Positions 1 to 12,455 of a DNA stretch of 64,000 nt are shown piece after piece; position 1 is the first letter of the stretch, and the number at the start of each line of letters is the position of its first letter. A program made the translations under genes and the position numbers. The notes under the pieces were generated by a model, which worked only from the letters and a program-made list of their open reading frames with translations, had not been told where the DNA came from and did not search any database. The stretch lies in NCBI RefSeq assembly GCF_054482595.1, contig NZ_CM137008.1, one strand, 5' to 3'.

Positions 1-254
1 TTTTTATGCTGTCGTCGGAGCTGCGCGGCGTCCCCTTTATCAATCTGAAGTCCGATCCACAAAAATCCCTGTTAAATCAGCAGATATACCCGAGCATTAA
101 GCCAGGGTATCACATGAATAAAAAGCACTGGATTTCGGTGTATCCCGGCGAGGCAATCTCCGAAGCGTTACTTCGCGATCTGATCAACGATTCGTGGAAT
201 CTGGTGGTTGATGGTCTGGCTAAACGCGATCAAAAAAGAGTGCGTCCAGGCTAA
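1..254 (+). CDS. ybdF: YbdF (MmcQ/YjbR-family protein), C-terminal part; 5-prime end lies outside the window
   Basis: The ORF is open from the window edge to TAA 252-254. The product ...[19 protein letters not shown]...[10 protein letters not shown] matches the C-terminal part of E. coli YbdF as I recall it, and it lies next to nfsB as in K-12. Confidence 0.8.
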   Translation, partial: FMLSSELRGVPFINLKSDPQKSLLNQQIYPSIKPGYHMNKKHWISVYPGEAISEALLRDLINDSWNLVVDGLAKRDQKRVRPG

Positions 255-347
255 AGCGGAAATCTATAGCGCATTTTTCTCGCTTACCATTTCTCGTTGA
301 ACCTTGTAATCTGCTGGCACGCAAAATTACTTTCACATGGAGTCTTT

Positions 348-1001
348 ATGGATATCATTTCTGTCGCCTTAAAGCGTCATTCCACTAAGGCATTTGATGC
401 CAGTAAAAAACTTACCCCGGAACAGGCCGAGCAGATCAAAACTCTCCTGCAATACAGCCCATCCAGCACCAACTCCCAGCCGTGGCATTTTATTGTTGCC
501 AGCACGGAAGAAGGTAAAGCGCGTGTTGCCAAATCCGCTGCCGGTAATTATGTGTTCAACGAACGTAAAATACTTGATGCCTCGCACGTCGTGGTGTTCT
601 GTGCAAAAACCGCGATGGACGATGCCTGGCTGAAGCTGGTTGTTGACCAGGAAGATGCTGATGGCCGCTTTGCCACGCCGGAAGCGAAAGCCGCGAACGA
701 TAAAGGTCGCAAGTTCTTCGCTGATATGCACCGTAAAGATCTGCATGATGATGCAGAGTGGATGGCAAAACAGGTTTATCTCAACGTCGGTAACTTCCTG
801 CTCGGCGTGGCGGCGCTGGGTCTGGACGCGGTACCCATCGAAGGTTTTGACGCCGCCATCCTCGATGCAGAATTTGGTCTGAAAGAGAAAGGCTACACCA
901 GTCTGGTGGTTGTTCCGGTAGGTCATCACAGCGTTGAAGATTTTAACGCTACGCTGCCGAAATCTCGTCTGCCGCAAAACATAACCTTAACCGAAGTGTA
1001 A
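348..1001 (+). CDS. nfsB: oxygen-insensitive NAD(P)H nitroreductase
   Basis: ATG at 348 lies inside the longer track ORF 297..1001. The 217-aa product [17 protein letters not shown]...[10 protein letters not shown] is recognised as NfsB (nitroreductase family). Confidence 0.95.
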   Translation: MDIISVALKRHSTKAFDASKKLTPEQAEQIKTLLQYSPSSTNSQPWHFIVASTEEGKARVAKSAAGNYVFNERKILDASHVVVFCAKTAMDDAWLKLVVDQEDADGRFATPEAKAANDKGRKFFADMHRKDLHDDAEWMAKQVYLNVGNFLLGVAALGLDAVPIEGFDAAILDAEFGLKEKGYTSLVVVPVGHHSVEDFNATLPKSRLPQNITLTEV

Positions 1002-1010
1002 TTCTCTCTT

Positions 1011-1035
1011 GCCGGGCATCTGCCCGGCTATTTCC
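1011..1035 (+). terminator. rho-independent terminator after nfsB
   Basis: Hairpin gccgggc-atct-gcccggc (1011-1028) 10 nt after the nfsB stop, followed by a T-rich run. Confidence 0.6.
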
Positions 1036-1060
1036 CCTCAGATTCTCCTGATTTGCATAA

Positions 1061-2356
<1,296 letters not shown>

Positions 2357-2365
2357 TTAAAAAAA

Positions 2366-2392
2366 CCGCTCTCATCGAATGGATGAGAGCGG
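2366..2392. terminator. bidirectional hairpin terminator between convergent ybdG and pheP
   Basis: Perfect 11-bp stem ccgctctcatc/gatgagagcgg with loop gaatg. It is flanked by an A-run on one side and T-rich sequence on the other. Confidence 0.75.
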
Positions 2393-2423
2393 ACATCGTT
2401 TTGTCGGATGTAGCGTGAATGCC

Positions 2424-3800
2424 TTATTTCCGACGCAGCGTTTTAAATGCCACAAACAGGAATACAATCCACACCGGCAGCAGGATCGCTGACAAGCGCA
2501 TATCATCCATCGTGCACATCAGCAGCAAAATCATGCCGAGGAAGGCAATGCAAAGATAGTTGCCGAACGGATAGAGCAGCGCCTTAAACTGTGTTTCACG
2601 CCCCTGACGTCGCATCGCTGCACGAAAACGCAGATGCGCCAGACAGATCATAATCCAGTTCAACAGCAGCGTTGCTACCACCAGCGCCATCAGCAGACCA
2701 AACGCTTTTTGCGGCAGCAGATAGTTGATTAATACCACCAGCGAAGTGATCGCTCCGGAAAGCATCAGCGAGTTAATCGGCACACCGCGACGGCTGACGC
2801 GAGTCAAAAACTTCGGCGCATTACCCTGCACAGAAAGGCCAAACAGCATGCGGCTGTTAGAGTAAACCCCGCTGTTATACACTGACAGCGATGCTACCAG
2901 AATGACGAAGTTCAGCGCAGAAGCTACCACGTTGCTGTCGAGATTATGGAAAATCATCACAAACGGGCTACTGTTGGATTTCACTTCCACCCACGGATAG
3001 AGCGCCAGTAAAACCACCAGTGAACCGATGTAAAACAGCAGGATGCGATACACCACCTGATTTACCGCTTTTGGAATGCTTTTTTCCGGATCGCGCGCTT
3101 CAGCGGCAGTAATCCCAATCAGCTCCAGACCGCCGAAGGAGAACATAATTACCGCCAGCGACAAAATCAGCCCATTCCAGCCGGTGGCAAAGAAACCACC
3201 GTAGCGCCAGAGGTTGTCGATACTGGCTTTCTCGCCGCCGTGACCAGAAAACAGCAGCCACAGGCCAAAGCCGATCATACCGATGATCGCCAGCACTTTA
3301 ATCAACGCAAACCAGAACTCGGTTTCGCCATATAAGCGCACGTTCACCAGGTTAACGGCGTTGATGATAATAAAGAAGGCGGCAGCCCAAATCCACGTTG
3401 GAACATCCGGGAACCAGTACTGCATATAGATGCCCGCAGCGGTCAGCTCTGCCATCCCCACCAGCACGAACATCACCCAGTAGTTCCAGCCAGAGAGGAA
3501 GCCCGCGAACGGTCCCCAGTATTTATAGGCAAAGTGGGCAAACGAACCGGATACCGGCTCTTCGACCACCATCTCGCCGAGCTGGCGCATAATCAGGAAA
3601 GCGATGATCCCGGCGACGCCGTAGCCCAGCAATACAGCCGGACCCGCCATCTGAATCGCCGGGCCAATGCCAAGAAACAGACCAGTACCAATTGCGCCAC
3701 CCAGCGCAATCAGTTGAATATGACGGTTATGTAATCCGCGATGAAGCGTCGGCTCTTGATTCGACGCAGTATCTTCCGATACGGTTGACGCGTTTTTCAC
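2424..3800 (-). CDS. pheP: phenylalanine-specific APC-family permease
   Basis: The track ORF is 2424..3836. I place the start at GTG 3800 (VKNASTVSEDTASNQ...), giving 458 aa as in K-12 PheP. It has 12 TM segments typical of amino-acid permeases. Confidence 0.92.
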   Translation of the reverse strand: MKNASTVSEDTASNQEPTLHRGLHNRHIQLIALGGAIGTGLFLGIGPAIQMAGPAVLLGYGVAGIIAFLIMRQLGEMVVEEPVSGSFAHFAYKYWGPFAGFLSGWNYWVMFVLVGMAELTAAGIYMQYWFPDVPTWIWAAAFFIIINAVNLVNVRLYGETEFWFALIKVLAIIGMIGFGLWLLFSGHGGEKASIDNLWRYGGFFATGWNGLILSLAVIMFSFGGLELIGITAAEARDPEKSIPKAVNQVVYRILLFYIGSLVVLLALYPWVEVKSNSSPFVMIFHNLDSNVVASALNFVILVASLSVYNSGVYSNSRMLFGLSVQGNAPKFLTRVSRRGVPINSLMLSGAITSLVVLINYLLPQKAFGLLMALVVATLLLNWIMICLAHLRFRAAMRRQGRETQFKALLYPFGNYLCIAFLGMILLLMCTMDDMRLSAILLPVWIVFLFVAFKTLRRK

Positions 3801-3901
3801 GCCTTTCCCCTGTGTGTCTTTTTTGTTGAGGGGCACCTTTTAACATTTAGTGCCCATCGTCGCAAGACACAATCCACACGGTTAAACGGGGTATCCTGCT
3901 T

Positions 3902-6900
3902 TTATTTCCGTACCCGATGTCGGTGCAGCCACATCAGCTTATACGCCGCCGGGATAATAAACAGCGACAGCAAAGGTGCGGTGATCATGCCGCCAATCAT
4001 CGGTGCGGCGATCCGGCTCATCACCTCTGACCCTGCTCCTGTTCCCCACAGAATCGGCAGCAGACCAGCGATAATCACCGCCACCGTCATCGCTTTCGGG
4101 CGCACGCGCAGTACCGCGCCGTGATACAACGCCTCATCCAGCTTCTGCTCACTGAATGTTTGCGGATTATTCAACGACGGCTCGGCCTCTATGGCGTGAC
4201 GTAAATACATCAGCATCACCACGCCAAATTCGGCGGCGACCCCGGCAAGGGCAATAAAGCCAGTACCCGTCGCCACGGAAAGATGAAAGCCCATCCACCA
4301 CAGCAACCAGATGCCGCCCACCAGCGCAAACGGTACGCTGCTGATAATCAGCAACGCTTCGCCCACCCGACGGAATGCCAGATACAACAGCACGAAGATG
4401 ATCATCAGTGTCATCGGCACCATGAGTTTCAGCTTATGGTTGGCGCGCTCCAGTAGCTCGAACTGCCCGGAGAATGCCACGCTGGTGCCCGGTTTTAACT
4501 GCACTTTTTCAGCTATCGCTTTTTGCAAATCGTGAACCACCGACACCATGTCACGATCGCGGGCATCGATATAAATCCAGCTCGTCGGGCGCGCATTCTC
4601 GGTTTTCAGCATCGACGGTCCGGTAGAGACTTTAACGTCGGCCACGTCTGCCAGGGTGATTTGCTGCTTCATCGGCGTCAGGATCGGCAACTGGCGCAGT
4701 GCCTGCGGACTATCGCGCCAGCTTTGCGGATAACGCAGATTAATGGGATAACGGGCAATCCCTTCCACCGTTTCGCCAACCATCGCCCCGCCCACCGCAG
4801 AAGTCACAAACAACTGCACATCCGCCACCGTCATACCGTAACGCGCGGCTTTTTCACGGTTAATCTCAACGTTGATATAGCGCCCACCTTCCAGACGCTC
4901 GGCAAGCGCAGAAGCCACGCCTGGTACCGTTCGTGCCACCTCTTCAATTTGCTCCGCCATCGCGTCGATATCCGCCAGCACAGTGCCGGAAACTTTAATG
5001 CCGATGGGGCTTTTAATGCCAGTCGAGAGCATATCGATACGGTTACGAATTGGCGGCACCCACAGATTCGCCAGCCCCGGCAGCCGCACGGTGTTATCCA
5101 GTTCCTCAATGATTTTGTCCATCGTCATGCCAGGCCGCCACTGATCCTGCGGCTTAAGCTGGATGGTCGTTTCTACCATCTCCAGCGGAGCAGAATCGGT
5201 GGCGGTTTCCGCTTTCCCGGTTTTGCCAAATACCCGCGCCACTTCAGGTACGCTCATAATTAGCTTGTCGGTTTTTTGCAGCATACTCGCCGCCTCTGCT
5301 GCGGAAATCCCCGGCAGCGTCGATGGCATATACAACAGGTCGCCTTCATTGATCTGCGGTAAAAATTCCCCGCCAACTTTATTGAGCGGCCAGAGAACCG
5401 TCAGCACCGAAAGCGCTGCCACCAACAGCGTGGTTTTCGGCCAGTGCAGTACTTTCAGCAACAGCGGATGATAAACACGAATCAAAAAGCGATTGAGCGG
5501 GTTACTGCTTTCCGGCGGAATTTTGCCACGGATCCAGTAACCCATCAGGATAGGGATCACTACGATCGCCAGCAGCGCCGCACCCGCCATCGCATAGGTT
5601 TTAGTGAACGCCAGCGGGCCAAACAGACGCCCTTCCTGCCCTTCCAGGGTGAAGATCGGGATAAACGACAACGTGATAATCAGCAGACTGATAAACAGCG
5701 CCGGCCCCACTTCAACAGACGCATCGGTGATCACCTGCCAGCGCGTTTTATTATCCAGCGTGGCGTCAGGATGCTGGTGCTGCCACTCTTCCAGCCGTTT
5801 ATGTGCATTTTCGATCATGACGATAGCGGCATCGACCATCGCCCCGACGGCAATCGCAATGCCGCCCAACGACATAATATTGGCATTCAGTCCCTGGAAG
5901 TGCATGACAATAAAAGCAATACACAACCCCAGCGGCAACGAAATAATCGCCACCAGCGCCGAGCGCACATGCCAGAGAAACAGCGCACAGACTACCGCCA
6001 CCACAATAAACTCTTCCAGCAACTTGCCGCTGAGGTTGTCGATGGCGCGGTCAATGAGCTGGCTGCGATCGTATGTTGTAACTATCTCCACGCCTTCCGG
6101 CAGACTACTTTTCAGCGTTTCCAGTTTGTCCTTCACGGCGGCGATCACTTCTCGGGCGTTTTTGCCGGATCGCAGGATCACCACCCCGCCCGCCACTTCA
6201 CCTTCGCCATTCAGTTCGGCAATGCCCCGGCGCATCTCCGGGCCAATCTGGACCTTCGCAACATCACGCAGATAAACGGGCACGCCATTTTCACTGGCTT
6301 TTAAAACGATGTGATTAAAGTCGTCGAGCGTTTGCAGATAGCCGCTGGCGCGCACCATATATTCCGCTTCCGCCAGTTCGATCGACGAACCGCCCGCTTC
6401 CTGGTTTGAAGCATCCAGCGCGCTTTTTACTTCGGCTAGACTGATGCCATATTGCGCCAGGCGCTGGGGATCGATAACCACCTGATACTCTTTCACCACG
6501 CCGCCCACCGACGCCACTTCCGCAACGTCAGGGATGGTTTTTAGCTCATATTTGAGAAACCAGTCCTGCAATGAGCGTAAATCGGCCAGATCGTGCTTAC
6601 CGCTGCGATCCACCAGTGCATATTCATAGATCCAGCCAACACCCGTGGCATCTGGTCCCAGCTCGGCGCTGACTCCCGCAGGCAGCTTACCCTGTACCTG
6701 GTTGAGGTACTCCAGCACCCGCGAACGCGCCCAGTACGGATCGGTACCATCTTCGAAAATGACATACACATAAGAGTCTCCAAACTGCGAGAAACCGCGC
6801 ACAGTCTTCGCGCCAGGCACCGACAACATGGTGGTGGTTAGCGGATAAGTCACCTGATTTTCAACGATTTGCGGTGCCTGACCGGGATAGCTGGTTTTAA

Positions 6901-7045
6901 TAATCACCTGCACATCGGAGAGATCCGGCAGCGCATCCACTGGCGTGTTAATGATGGTCCAGGTGCCCCAGATGCTCAGAAACAACGCGCCCATCAGCAC
7001 CAAAAAACGGTTCGCCACCGAGCGACGAATAATCCATTCAATCAT
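3902..7045 (-). CDS. cusA: Cu(I)/Ag(I) efflux RND (HME) inner-membrane pump
   Basis: 1047-aa ORF recognised as CusA. It is last in the cusCFBA gene order. Confidence 0.97.
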   Translation of the reverse strand: MIEWIIRRSVANRFLVLMGALFLSIWGTWTIINTPVDALPDLSDVQVIIKTSYPGQAPQIVENQVTYPLTTTMLSVPGAKTVRGFSQFGDSYVYVIFEDGTDPYWARSRVLEYLNQVQGKLPAGVSAELGPDATGVGWIYEYALVDRSGKHDLADLRSLQDWFLKYELKTIPDVAEVASVGGVVKEYQVVIDPQRLAQYGISLAEVKSALDASNQEAGGSSIELAEAEYMVRASGYLQTLDDFNHIVLKASENGVPVYLRDVAKVQIGPEMRRGIAELNGEGEVAGGVVILRSGKNAREVIAAVKDKLETLKSSLPEGVEIVTTYDRSQLIDRAIDNLSGKLLEEFIVVAVVCALFLWHVRSALVAIISLPLGLCIAFIVMHFQGLNANIMSLGGIAIAVGAMVDAAIVMIENAHKRLEEWQHQHPDATLDNKTRWQVITDASVEVGPALFISLLIITLSFIPIFTLEGQEGRLFGPLAFTKTYAMAGAALLAIVVIPILMGYWIRGKIPPESSNPLNRFLIRVYHPLLLKVLHWPKTTLLVAALSVLTVLWPLNKVGGEFLPQINEGDLLYMPSTLPGISAAEAASMLQKTDKLIMSVPEVARVFGKTGKAETATDSAPLEMVETTIQLKPQDQWRPGMTMDKIIEELDNTVRLPGLANLWVPPIRNRIDMLSTGIKSPIGIKVSGTVLADIDAMAEQIEEVARTVPGVASALAERLEGGRYINVEINREKAARYGMTVADVQLFVTSAVGGAMVGETVEGIARYPINLRYPQSWRDSPQALRQLPILTPMKQQITLADVADVKVSTGPSMLKTENARPTSWIYIDARDRDMVSVVHDLQKAIAEKVQLKPGTSVAFSGQFELLERANHKLKLMVPMTLMIIFVLLYLAFRRVGEALLIISSVPFALVGGIWLLWWMGFHLSVATGTGFIALAGVAAEFGVVMLMYLRHAIEAEPSLNNPQTFSEQKLDEALYHGAVLRVRPKAMTVAVIIAGLLPILWGTGAGSEVMSRIAAPMIGGMITAPLLSLFIIPAAYKLMWLHRHRVRK

Positions 7046-7056
7046 TGGTTATTCCC

Positions 7057-8280
7057 TCAATGCGCATTGGTAGCACTTTCAGAGCGCATCCGCTCCAGTG
7101 CGCCAGAAATATTGGCTTCGGAATCAATCAGGAACAGGCCGCTGGAAACCACCTTTTCACCTTCCGCCAGACCAGAGTGTAACGCGGTGACGCCTTGCGA
7201 TGCCTGGAAAACGGCAACGCGTTTCGGTACAAAGCGTCCGTCGGCATCAACGGTAATCACCCGCTGTTCGTTGCCGGTATCAATCAGCGCCTGTGACGGA
7301 ATGAGCAGCATCGGTTCGCTGGCGGTATTGAGTTGCAACCAGGCGTTCATGCCCGGTTTTAGCGCCTCGTCGGCGTTGTCGACTTCCAGACGCAGCTGCA
7401 GCGTGCGGGTCGCGGCATCCACGCCAGGTAGCAGCGTCCATTTGCGGATGGTGAGTGTTTTATCCGGTCGCGCCGGAACGGTGAGGGTAAACTGCGAGGC
7501 ATCTTTCACCAGCCAGGCGATGGACTCCGGGATCGCAGCAGTGACCCACACCGGGTCCATACCCTGAATTTTCGCGACCACGTTATCTTTGGCGATATTC
7601 ATTCCCGCGCGCAGATCAAACGCGGTGATCACGCCATCAATGGGCGCTTTGAGCGTAAAGCGAGTCTGGATTTTTTGCGTGGCGATCAGGCGGCGAATAT
7701 CCGCCTCCGGCATTCCCGCCAGTCGCAGCCGCTCAAGAATGCCTTCAGTCTGGGTCGCCGTACCGCCGGTTTCGCGCAGCAGTAAATACTCAGTCTGCGC
7801 TTCCACCCAGTCAGGAATGGTCAGGTCGAGAAGCGGTGTGCCCTTTTGTACTTTATCGCCCACGGTAAGCGGATACACCTTGTCGATAAACCCGGCAGCG
7901 CGAGCCTGCACAATGGCATACTGATACTCGTTGTAACTGACATTCGCCGGGAAACTCTGGGCAAAAGTCAGCGGTCCGCGCGTGACGGTAGCCGTTTTCA
8001 CCCCCAGATTCTGCGTCTGAGTCGGGTCAATGCGCACACCAGACGCAGAACTCTCTTCATCGGCATATTTCGGCACCAGATCCATATCCATAAACGGCGA
8101 TTTACCTGGTTTATCGAACCGCATATTGGGATACATCGGGTCGTACCAGAATAAGATTTTACGTTCTGCGGTCGACGTTTTTTCTGCAGGCGGTTCCGCC
8201 TTTGCAACCCAGGTAAAACCTGCCGCAGAAATAATACCGCCCGCGATCATGCTGCCGATAATAAGCGCGATTTTTTTCAT
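7057..8280 (-). CDS. cusB: Cu(I)/Ag(I) efflux membrane-fusion (periplasmic adaptor) protein
   Basis: 407-aa ORF with a signal/anchor N-terminus, recognised as CusB. There is an 11-nt gap to cusA. Confidence 0.96.
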   Translation of the reverse strand: MKKIALIIGSMIAGGIISAAGFTWVAKAEPPAEKTSTAERKILFWYDPMYPNMRFDKPGKSPFMDMDLVPKYADEESSASGVRIDPTQTQNLGVKTATVTRGPLTFAQSFPANVSYNEYQYAIVQARAAGFIDKVYPLTVGDKVQKGTPLLDLTIPDWVEAQTEYLLLRETGGTATQTEGILERLRLAGMPEADIRRLIATQKIQTRFTLKAPIDGVITAFDLRAGMNIAKDNVVAKIQGMDPVWVTAAIPESIAWLVKDASQFTLTVPARPDKTLTIRKWTLLPGVDAATRTLQLRLEVDNADEALKPGMNAWLQLNTASEPMLLIPSQALIDTGNEQRVITVDADGRFVPKRVAVFQASQGVTALHSGLAEGEKVVSSGLFLIDSEANISGALERMRSESATNAH

Positions 8281-8295
8281 CTCATTAAACCTGGG

Positions 8296-8628
8296 TTACT
8301 GGCTGACTTTAATATCCTGTAATAAAGAAAGGTTGCCCTGCTGGACAAAATTAAACGCCACTTTGTCGCCGGTTTTAATTTCACTCATTTTCGTCTGCGG
8401 GGTGATGGTAAAGCGCATGGTCATCTCCGGCCAGTTCACAGCAGCAATCGGATCGTGATGGATGGTGATTTTTTTGCTTTCCAGATCAATACCCTTTACC
8501 TCGCCAGTGGCACTAATAACCTGTGGTTGTGCTTCGCTCATGGTTTCATGATGATGTTCGTTAGCCTGGGCATTAAAGCCAATAACGGTAAACAGACTGA
8601 ACATTGCGACTTGCAGTGCTTTTTTCAT
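8296..8628 (-). CDS. cusF: periplasmic Cu(I)/Ag(I) metallochaperone
   Basis: 110-aa ORF with a signal peptide and a His/Met-rich segment (NEHHHETMSEA), recognised as CusF. Confidence 0.96.
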   Translation of the reverse strand: MKKALQVAMFSLFTVIGFNAQANEHHHETMSEAQPQVISATGEVKGIDLESKKITIHHDPIAAVNWPEMTMRFTITPQTKMSEIKTGDKVAFNFVQQGNLSLLQDIKVSQ

Positions 8629-8651
8629 TTATTCTCTCCTGGAGTTAAAAG

Positions 8652-10034
8652 TTATTGCTGCCAACCGCCACCAAGTGCGGTATATAAAGAAATTTCGTTA
8701 ACCTGACGGGCATAATTCAGGTCAAGTAAAGTTTGTCGGGTTGCAAATAACGAACGTTCGGCATCCAGCACTTCCAGATAACTTACTGCGCCGTGCTGAT
8801 ATAATGCCCGCGCCCGTTGCAAAGTAATTTGCAGCGATGCCAGATAACGCTGCTGGGCGCTAATTTGATCGTTCAGGCTTTGACGTAATGCCAGCGCATC
8901 TGCCACTTCTTTAAAGGCGTTCTGGATTTTCTGTTCATAATTCACTACCGACTGCTGCTGGCGAATTTCGGCGATATCCAGATTGGCCTGGTTGCGTCCG
9001 GCATTAAAAATGGGGATCTCAATTTTAGGAATAAAATTCCACATCCCGCTGCTGGCGTTAAATAATGACGACAGATCGCTGCTGGCGGTTGATATTCCGC
9101 TGGTCAGGCTTATAGATGGGAAAAATGCCGCGCGTGCGGCCCCAATATTGGCATTAGCCGCCATTAACGCGTGTTCAGCTTCCATAATATCCGGGCGCTG
9201 CAATAAGATTTGCGACGACAAGCCCGCCGGTAATTTAACGCTTTGCAGGCTGTCGCTGTTTACTGTCTGCGCTTGCGGCAGCTTGCCGTAGCTTCCCAGC
9301 AACAGTTGCAATGCATTATTCGCCTGCGCCAGTTCCCCCTGACGTTTAGCGATGTCGCTGCGGGTACTTTCTATCACCCCGCGAGCCTGTTCCAGCGCCA
9401 GAACATTACTGCTACCTGTCAACAGTTGTTTTTCGACAAACGCATATGACTGCTGATAATTACGCAGCGTTTCTTCAGCTATTTGCAATTGCGCATACGC
9501 CAGTTGCTGATTGAAATAGCTTTGCGCGACATTAGAAACCAGCAGAATATGCACCGCGCGCTGAGCTTCCTCAGTGGCTAAATAATTTTGGCGCTCGGCT
9601 TCGCTCATGTTCTTTAAGCGACCGAAAAAATCGAGGTCAAAGCTGGCGTTAAGGCCGGTCGAAAACTCCCGTGTCGTGGCGGTATTCCCTTTAAGATTAC
9701 CGCTCCAGCTGCCGCTGCCCTCGCCATTGAGCTGTGGGTAGCGGTCGGAATCGGTCAGACGATATTGCGCCCGTGCCTCCTGCACTTTCAGCGTCGCCAT
9801 GCGCAAATCCCGGTTATTCACCAGCGCCTCGCTAATCAGCGTCTTCACCTGATTATCAACAAAAAAGGTGCGCCAGCCCGCGTTCTGATAGTTATCTGCT
9901 GCGTTAACGAGGCCGTTCTGGCTGAGTGAGAACTGCTGCGGTACGGGCATTGCCGGGCGCTGATAATCCGGTGCCAGTGAACAACCGGTTAGCGCAAGGG
10001 CCACACAAAATGGCAGAAGTTTACAAGGAGACAT
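8652..10034 (-). CDS. cusC: outer-membrane factor lipoprotein of the Cus efflux system
   Basis: 460-aa ORF with lipobox LTGC, a TolC/OprM-family sequence recognised as CusC. The exact start may differ by a few codons. Confidence 0.95.
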   Translation of the reverse strand: MSPCKLLPFCVALALTGCSLAPDYQRPAMPVPQQFSLSQNGLVNAADNYQNAGWRTFFVDNQVKTLISEALVNNRDLRMATLKVQEARAQYRLTDSDRYPQLNGEGSGSWSGNLKGNTATTREFSTGLNASFDLDFFGRLKNMSEAERQNYLATEEAQRAVHILLVSNVAQSYFNQQLAYAQLQIAEETLRNYQQSYAFVEKQLLTGSSNVLALEQARGVIESTRSDIAKRQGELAQANNALQLLLGSYGKLPQAQTVNSDSLQSVKLPAGLSSQILLQRPDIMEAEHALMAANANIGAARAAFFPSISLTSGISTASSDLSSLFNASSGMWNFIPKIEIPIFNAGRNQANLDIAEIRQQQSVVNYEQKIQNAFKEVADALALRQSLNDQISAQQRYLASLQITLQRARALYQHGAVSYLEVLDAERSLFATRQTLLDLNYARQVNEISLYTALGGGWQQ

Positions 10035-10103
10035 AGGCTCATAATTTCTGGTGATTTTATACCGCCAACTTTACTCGCCAGGCTCTGATATTCCGGTGAC
10101 AGG

Positions 10104-10125
10104 AAAATGACAAAATTGTCATTTT
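10104..10125. promoter_or_regulatory. CusR box (palindromic response-regulator operator) in the cusC-cusR divergent promoter region
   Basis: Perfect 22-bp palindrome aaaatgacaaaattgtcatttt, matching the published CusR-box form AAAATGACAANNTTGTCATTTT as I recall it. Confidence 0.85.
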
Positions 10126-10190
10126 GCCAATAAGCGATTGCCATCTGATCCCGCTACTCTAGAATTGCCCGGGCAACATGCGGAGGAAAT

Positions 10191-10874
10191 ATGAAACTGT
10201 TGATTGTCGAAGATGAAAAGAAAACCGGAGAATACTTGACCAAAGGGTTAACCGAAGCCGGTTTTGTGGTCGATTTGGCCGACAACGGGCTGAATGGCTA
10301 CCATCTGGCGATGACCGGTGATTATGATCTGATAATCCTCGATATTATGCTGCCGGACGTGAACGGCTGGGATATCGTGCGCATGTTACGCTCCGCCAAT
10401 AAAGGGATGCCGATTCTGTTGCTTACCGCGCTTGGCACCATTGAACATCGCGTCAAGGGGCTGGAGTTGGGGGCAGATGACTACCTGATGAAACCATTCG
10501 CTTTTGCTGAACTGCTGGCGCGGGTGCGCACTCTCCTGCGGCGCGGGGCGGCGGTGATTATCGAAAGTCAGTTTCAGGTTGCCGATCTGATGGTCGATCT
10601 CGTCAGCCGCAAAGTCACCCGCAGCGGCACGCGCATCACTTTGACCAGTAAAGAGTTTACTCTACTGGAGTTTTTTCTCCGCCATCAGGGTGAAGTGCTG
10701 CCCCGCTCGCTTATCGCCTCGCAGGTATGGGACATGAATTTCGACAGCGATACCAACGCTATTGATGTGGCGGTGAAGCGGCTACGCGGCAAAATCGACA
10801 ACGACTTTGAGCCAAAGCTGATTCAAACCGTGCGCGGCGTGGGTTACATGCTTGAGGTGCCGGATGGTCAGTAA
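10191..10874 (+). CDS. cusR: OmpR-family copper/silver response regulator
   Basis: 227-aa [19 protein letters not shown]... with receiver plus winged-helix domains, recognised as CusR. Confidence 0.97.
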   Translation: MKLLIVEDEKKTGEYLTKGLTEAGFVVDLADNGLNGYHLAMTGDYDLIILDIMLPDVNGWDIVRMLRSANKGMPILLLTALGTIEHRVKGLELGADDYLMKPFAFAELLARVRTLLRRGAAVIIESQFQVADLMVDLVSRKVTRSGTRITLTSKEFTLLEFFLRHQGEVLPRSLIASQVWDMNFDSDTNAIDVAVKRLRGKIDNDFEPKLIQTVRGVGYMLEVPDGQ

Positions 10875-12306
10875 GCCATTTCAGCGCCCGTTTTCGCTGG
10901 CAACCCGCCTGACCTTTTTTATCAGCCTGGCCACCATCGCGGCGTTTTTCGCCTTTGCATGGATCATGATCCACTCAGTAAAAGTGCATTTTGCCGAGCA
11001 GGATATTAATGATTTAAAAGAAATTAGCGCCACCCTTGAACGGGTACTTAATCATCCTGACGAGACGCAAGCCCGACGCTTAATGACGCTGGAAGATATC
11101 GTCAGTGGTTATTCCAATGTGTTGATTTCCCTGGCAGATAGCCACGGCAAAACGGTGTATCACTCCCCCGGTGCGCCCGATATCCGCGAGTTTACGCGTG
11201 ACGCCATACCCGATAAAGACGCGCGGGGCGGCGAGGTGTATCTCCTTTCCGGCCCGACGATTATGATGCCAGGGCACGGTCACGGGCATATGGAACACAG
11301 CAACTGGCGGATGATTAACTTACCGGTTGGCCCGCTGGTTGACGGCAAACCGATTTATACGCTCTACATCGCGCTTTCGATCGATTTTCATCTTCATTAC
11401 ATAAATGATTTGATGAATAAACTTATTATGACCGCATCGGTAATCAGCATCCTGATTGTCTTTATCGTGCTGTTGGCGGTACATAAAGGTCACGCGCCGA
11501 TCCGCAGCGTCAGCCGTCAAATCCAGAATATCACCTCGAAAGATCTCGACGTTCGCCTTGACCCGCAGACCGTGCCGATTGAGCTGGAGCAGCTGGTACT
11601 GTCGTTCAACCATATGATCGAGCGTATTGAGGATGTCTTTACCCGCCAGTCCAATTTCTCAGCGGATATCGCTCACGAAATTCGCACGCCGATTACCAAT
11701 CTCATCACGCAAACGGAAATCGCCCTCAGCCAGTCTCGCAGCCAGAAGGAGCTGGAAGATGTGCTCTACTCTAATCTCGAAGAGCTGACGCGAATGGCGA
11801 AAATGGTCAGCGATATGCTGTTTCTCGCCCAGGCCGATAACAACCAGTTAATCCCCGAAAAGAAAATGCTCAACCTGGCGGATGAAGTCGGCAAAGTGTT
11901 CGATTTTTTCGAGGCGTTAGCGGAAGATCGCTGCGTGGAGTTGCGATTTGTTGGCGACGAATGTCAGGTTGCGGGCGATCCGCTGATGCTGCGTCGGGCG
12001 TTAAGCAACCTGCTTTCTAATGCCCTACGTTATACGCCACCCAGTGAGGCTATTGTAGTGCGCTGCCAGACGGTCGAGCATCAGGTGCAAGTTATCGTCG
12101 AAAACCCCGGTACTCCCATTGCGCCCGAGCACTTACCGCGTTTGTTTGACCGTTTCTACCGCGTTGATCCTTCCCGCCAACGAAAAGGCGAAGGTAGCGG
12201 CATTGGGCTGGCGATAGTGAAATCGATTGTTGTCGCGCATAAAGGCACGGTTGCGGTTACGTCAAATGCGCGGAGGACAAGGTTTGTTATCACATTACCC
12301 GCTTAA
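10864..12306 (+). CDS. cusS: copper/silver sensor histidine kinase
   Basis: ATG 10864 ([10 protein letters not shown]...) gives 480 aa and overlaps the cusR 3-prime end by 11 nt. It has an H-box [11 protein letters not shown] and a periplasmic His/Met-rich loop. The track ORF starts 4 codons earlier. Confidence 0.95.
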   Translation: MVSKPFQRPFSLATRLTFFISLATIAAFFAFAWIMIHSVKVHFAEQDINDLKEISATLERVLNHPDETQARRLMTLEDIVSGYSNVLISLADSHGKTVYHSPGAPDIREFTRDAIPDKDARGGEVYLLSGPTIMMPGHGHGHMEHSNWRMINLPVGPLVDGKPIYTLYIALSIDFHLHYINDLMNKLIMTASVISILIVFIVLLAVHKGHAPIRSVSRQIQNITSKDLDVRLDPQTVPIELEQLVLSFNHMIERIEDVFTRQSNFSADIAHEIRTPITNLITQTEIALSQSRSQKELEDVLYSNLEELTRMAKMVSDMLFLAQADNNQLIPEKKMLNLADEVGKVFDFFEALAEDRCVELRFVGDECQVAGDPLMLRRALSNLLSNALRYTPPSEAIVVRCQTVEHQVQVIVENPGTPIAPEHLPRLFDRFYRVDPSRQRKGEGSGIGLAIVKSIVVAHKGTVAVTSNARRTRFVITLPA

Positions 12307-12455
12307 TTATTCAGCAAACGGCAACTTTTATAACCAGTGTAAAAATAACGTGCCGCAATAGTCATACCTATTAATGGTAAAAAGCTGTCACAATTCATAA
12401 AAAACCTTAATATACGCCACCCTAAACATAACCAGCGTTAATGTAAGGTTTTTGT

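Noticed and set aside
4523-6304. Long antisense ORFs (246, 286 and 223 aa) on the plus strand inside cusA
   Set aside because: They lie wholly opposite a 1047-aa ORF with unmistakable RND-pump sequence. Their products are Arg/His/Gln-rich and low-complexity with no recognisable family, which is typical of the antisense frame of a GC-rich gene.
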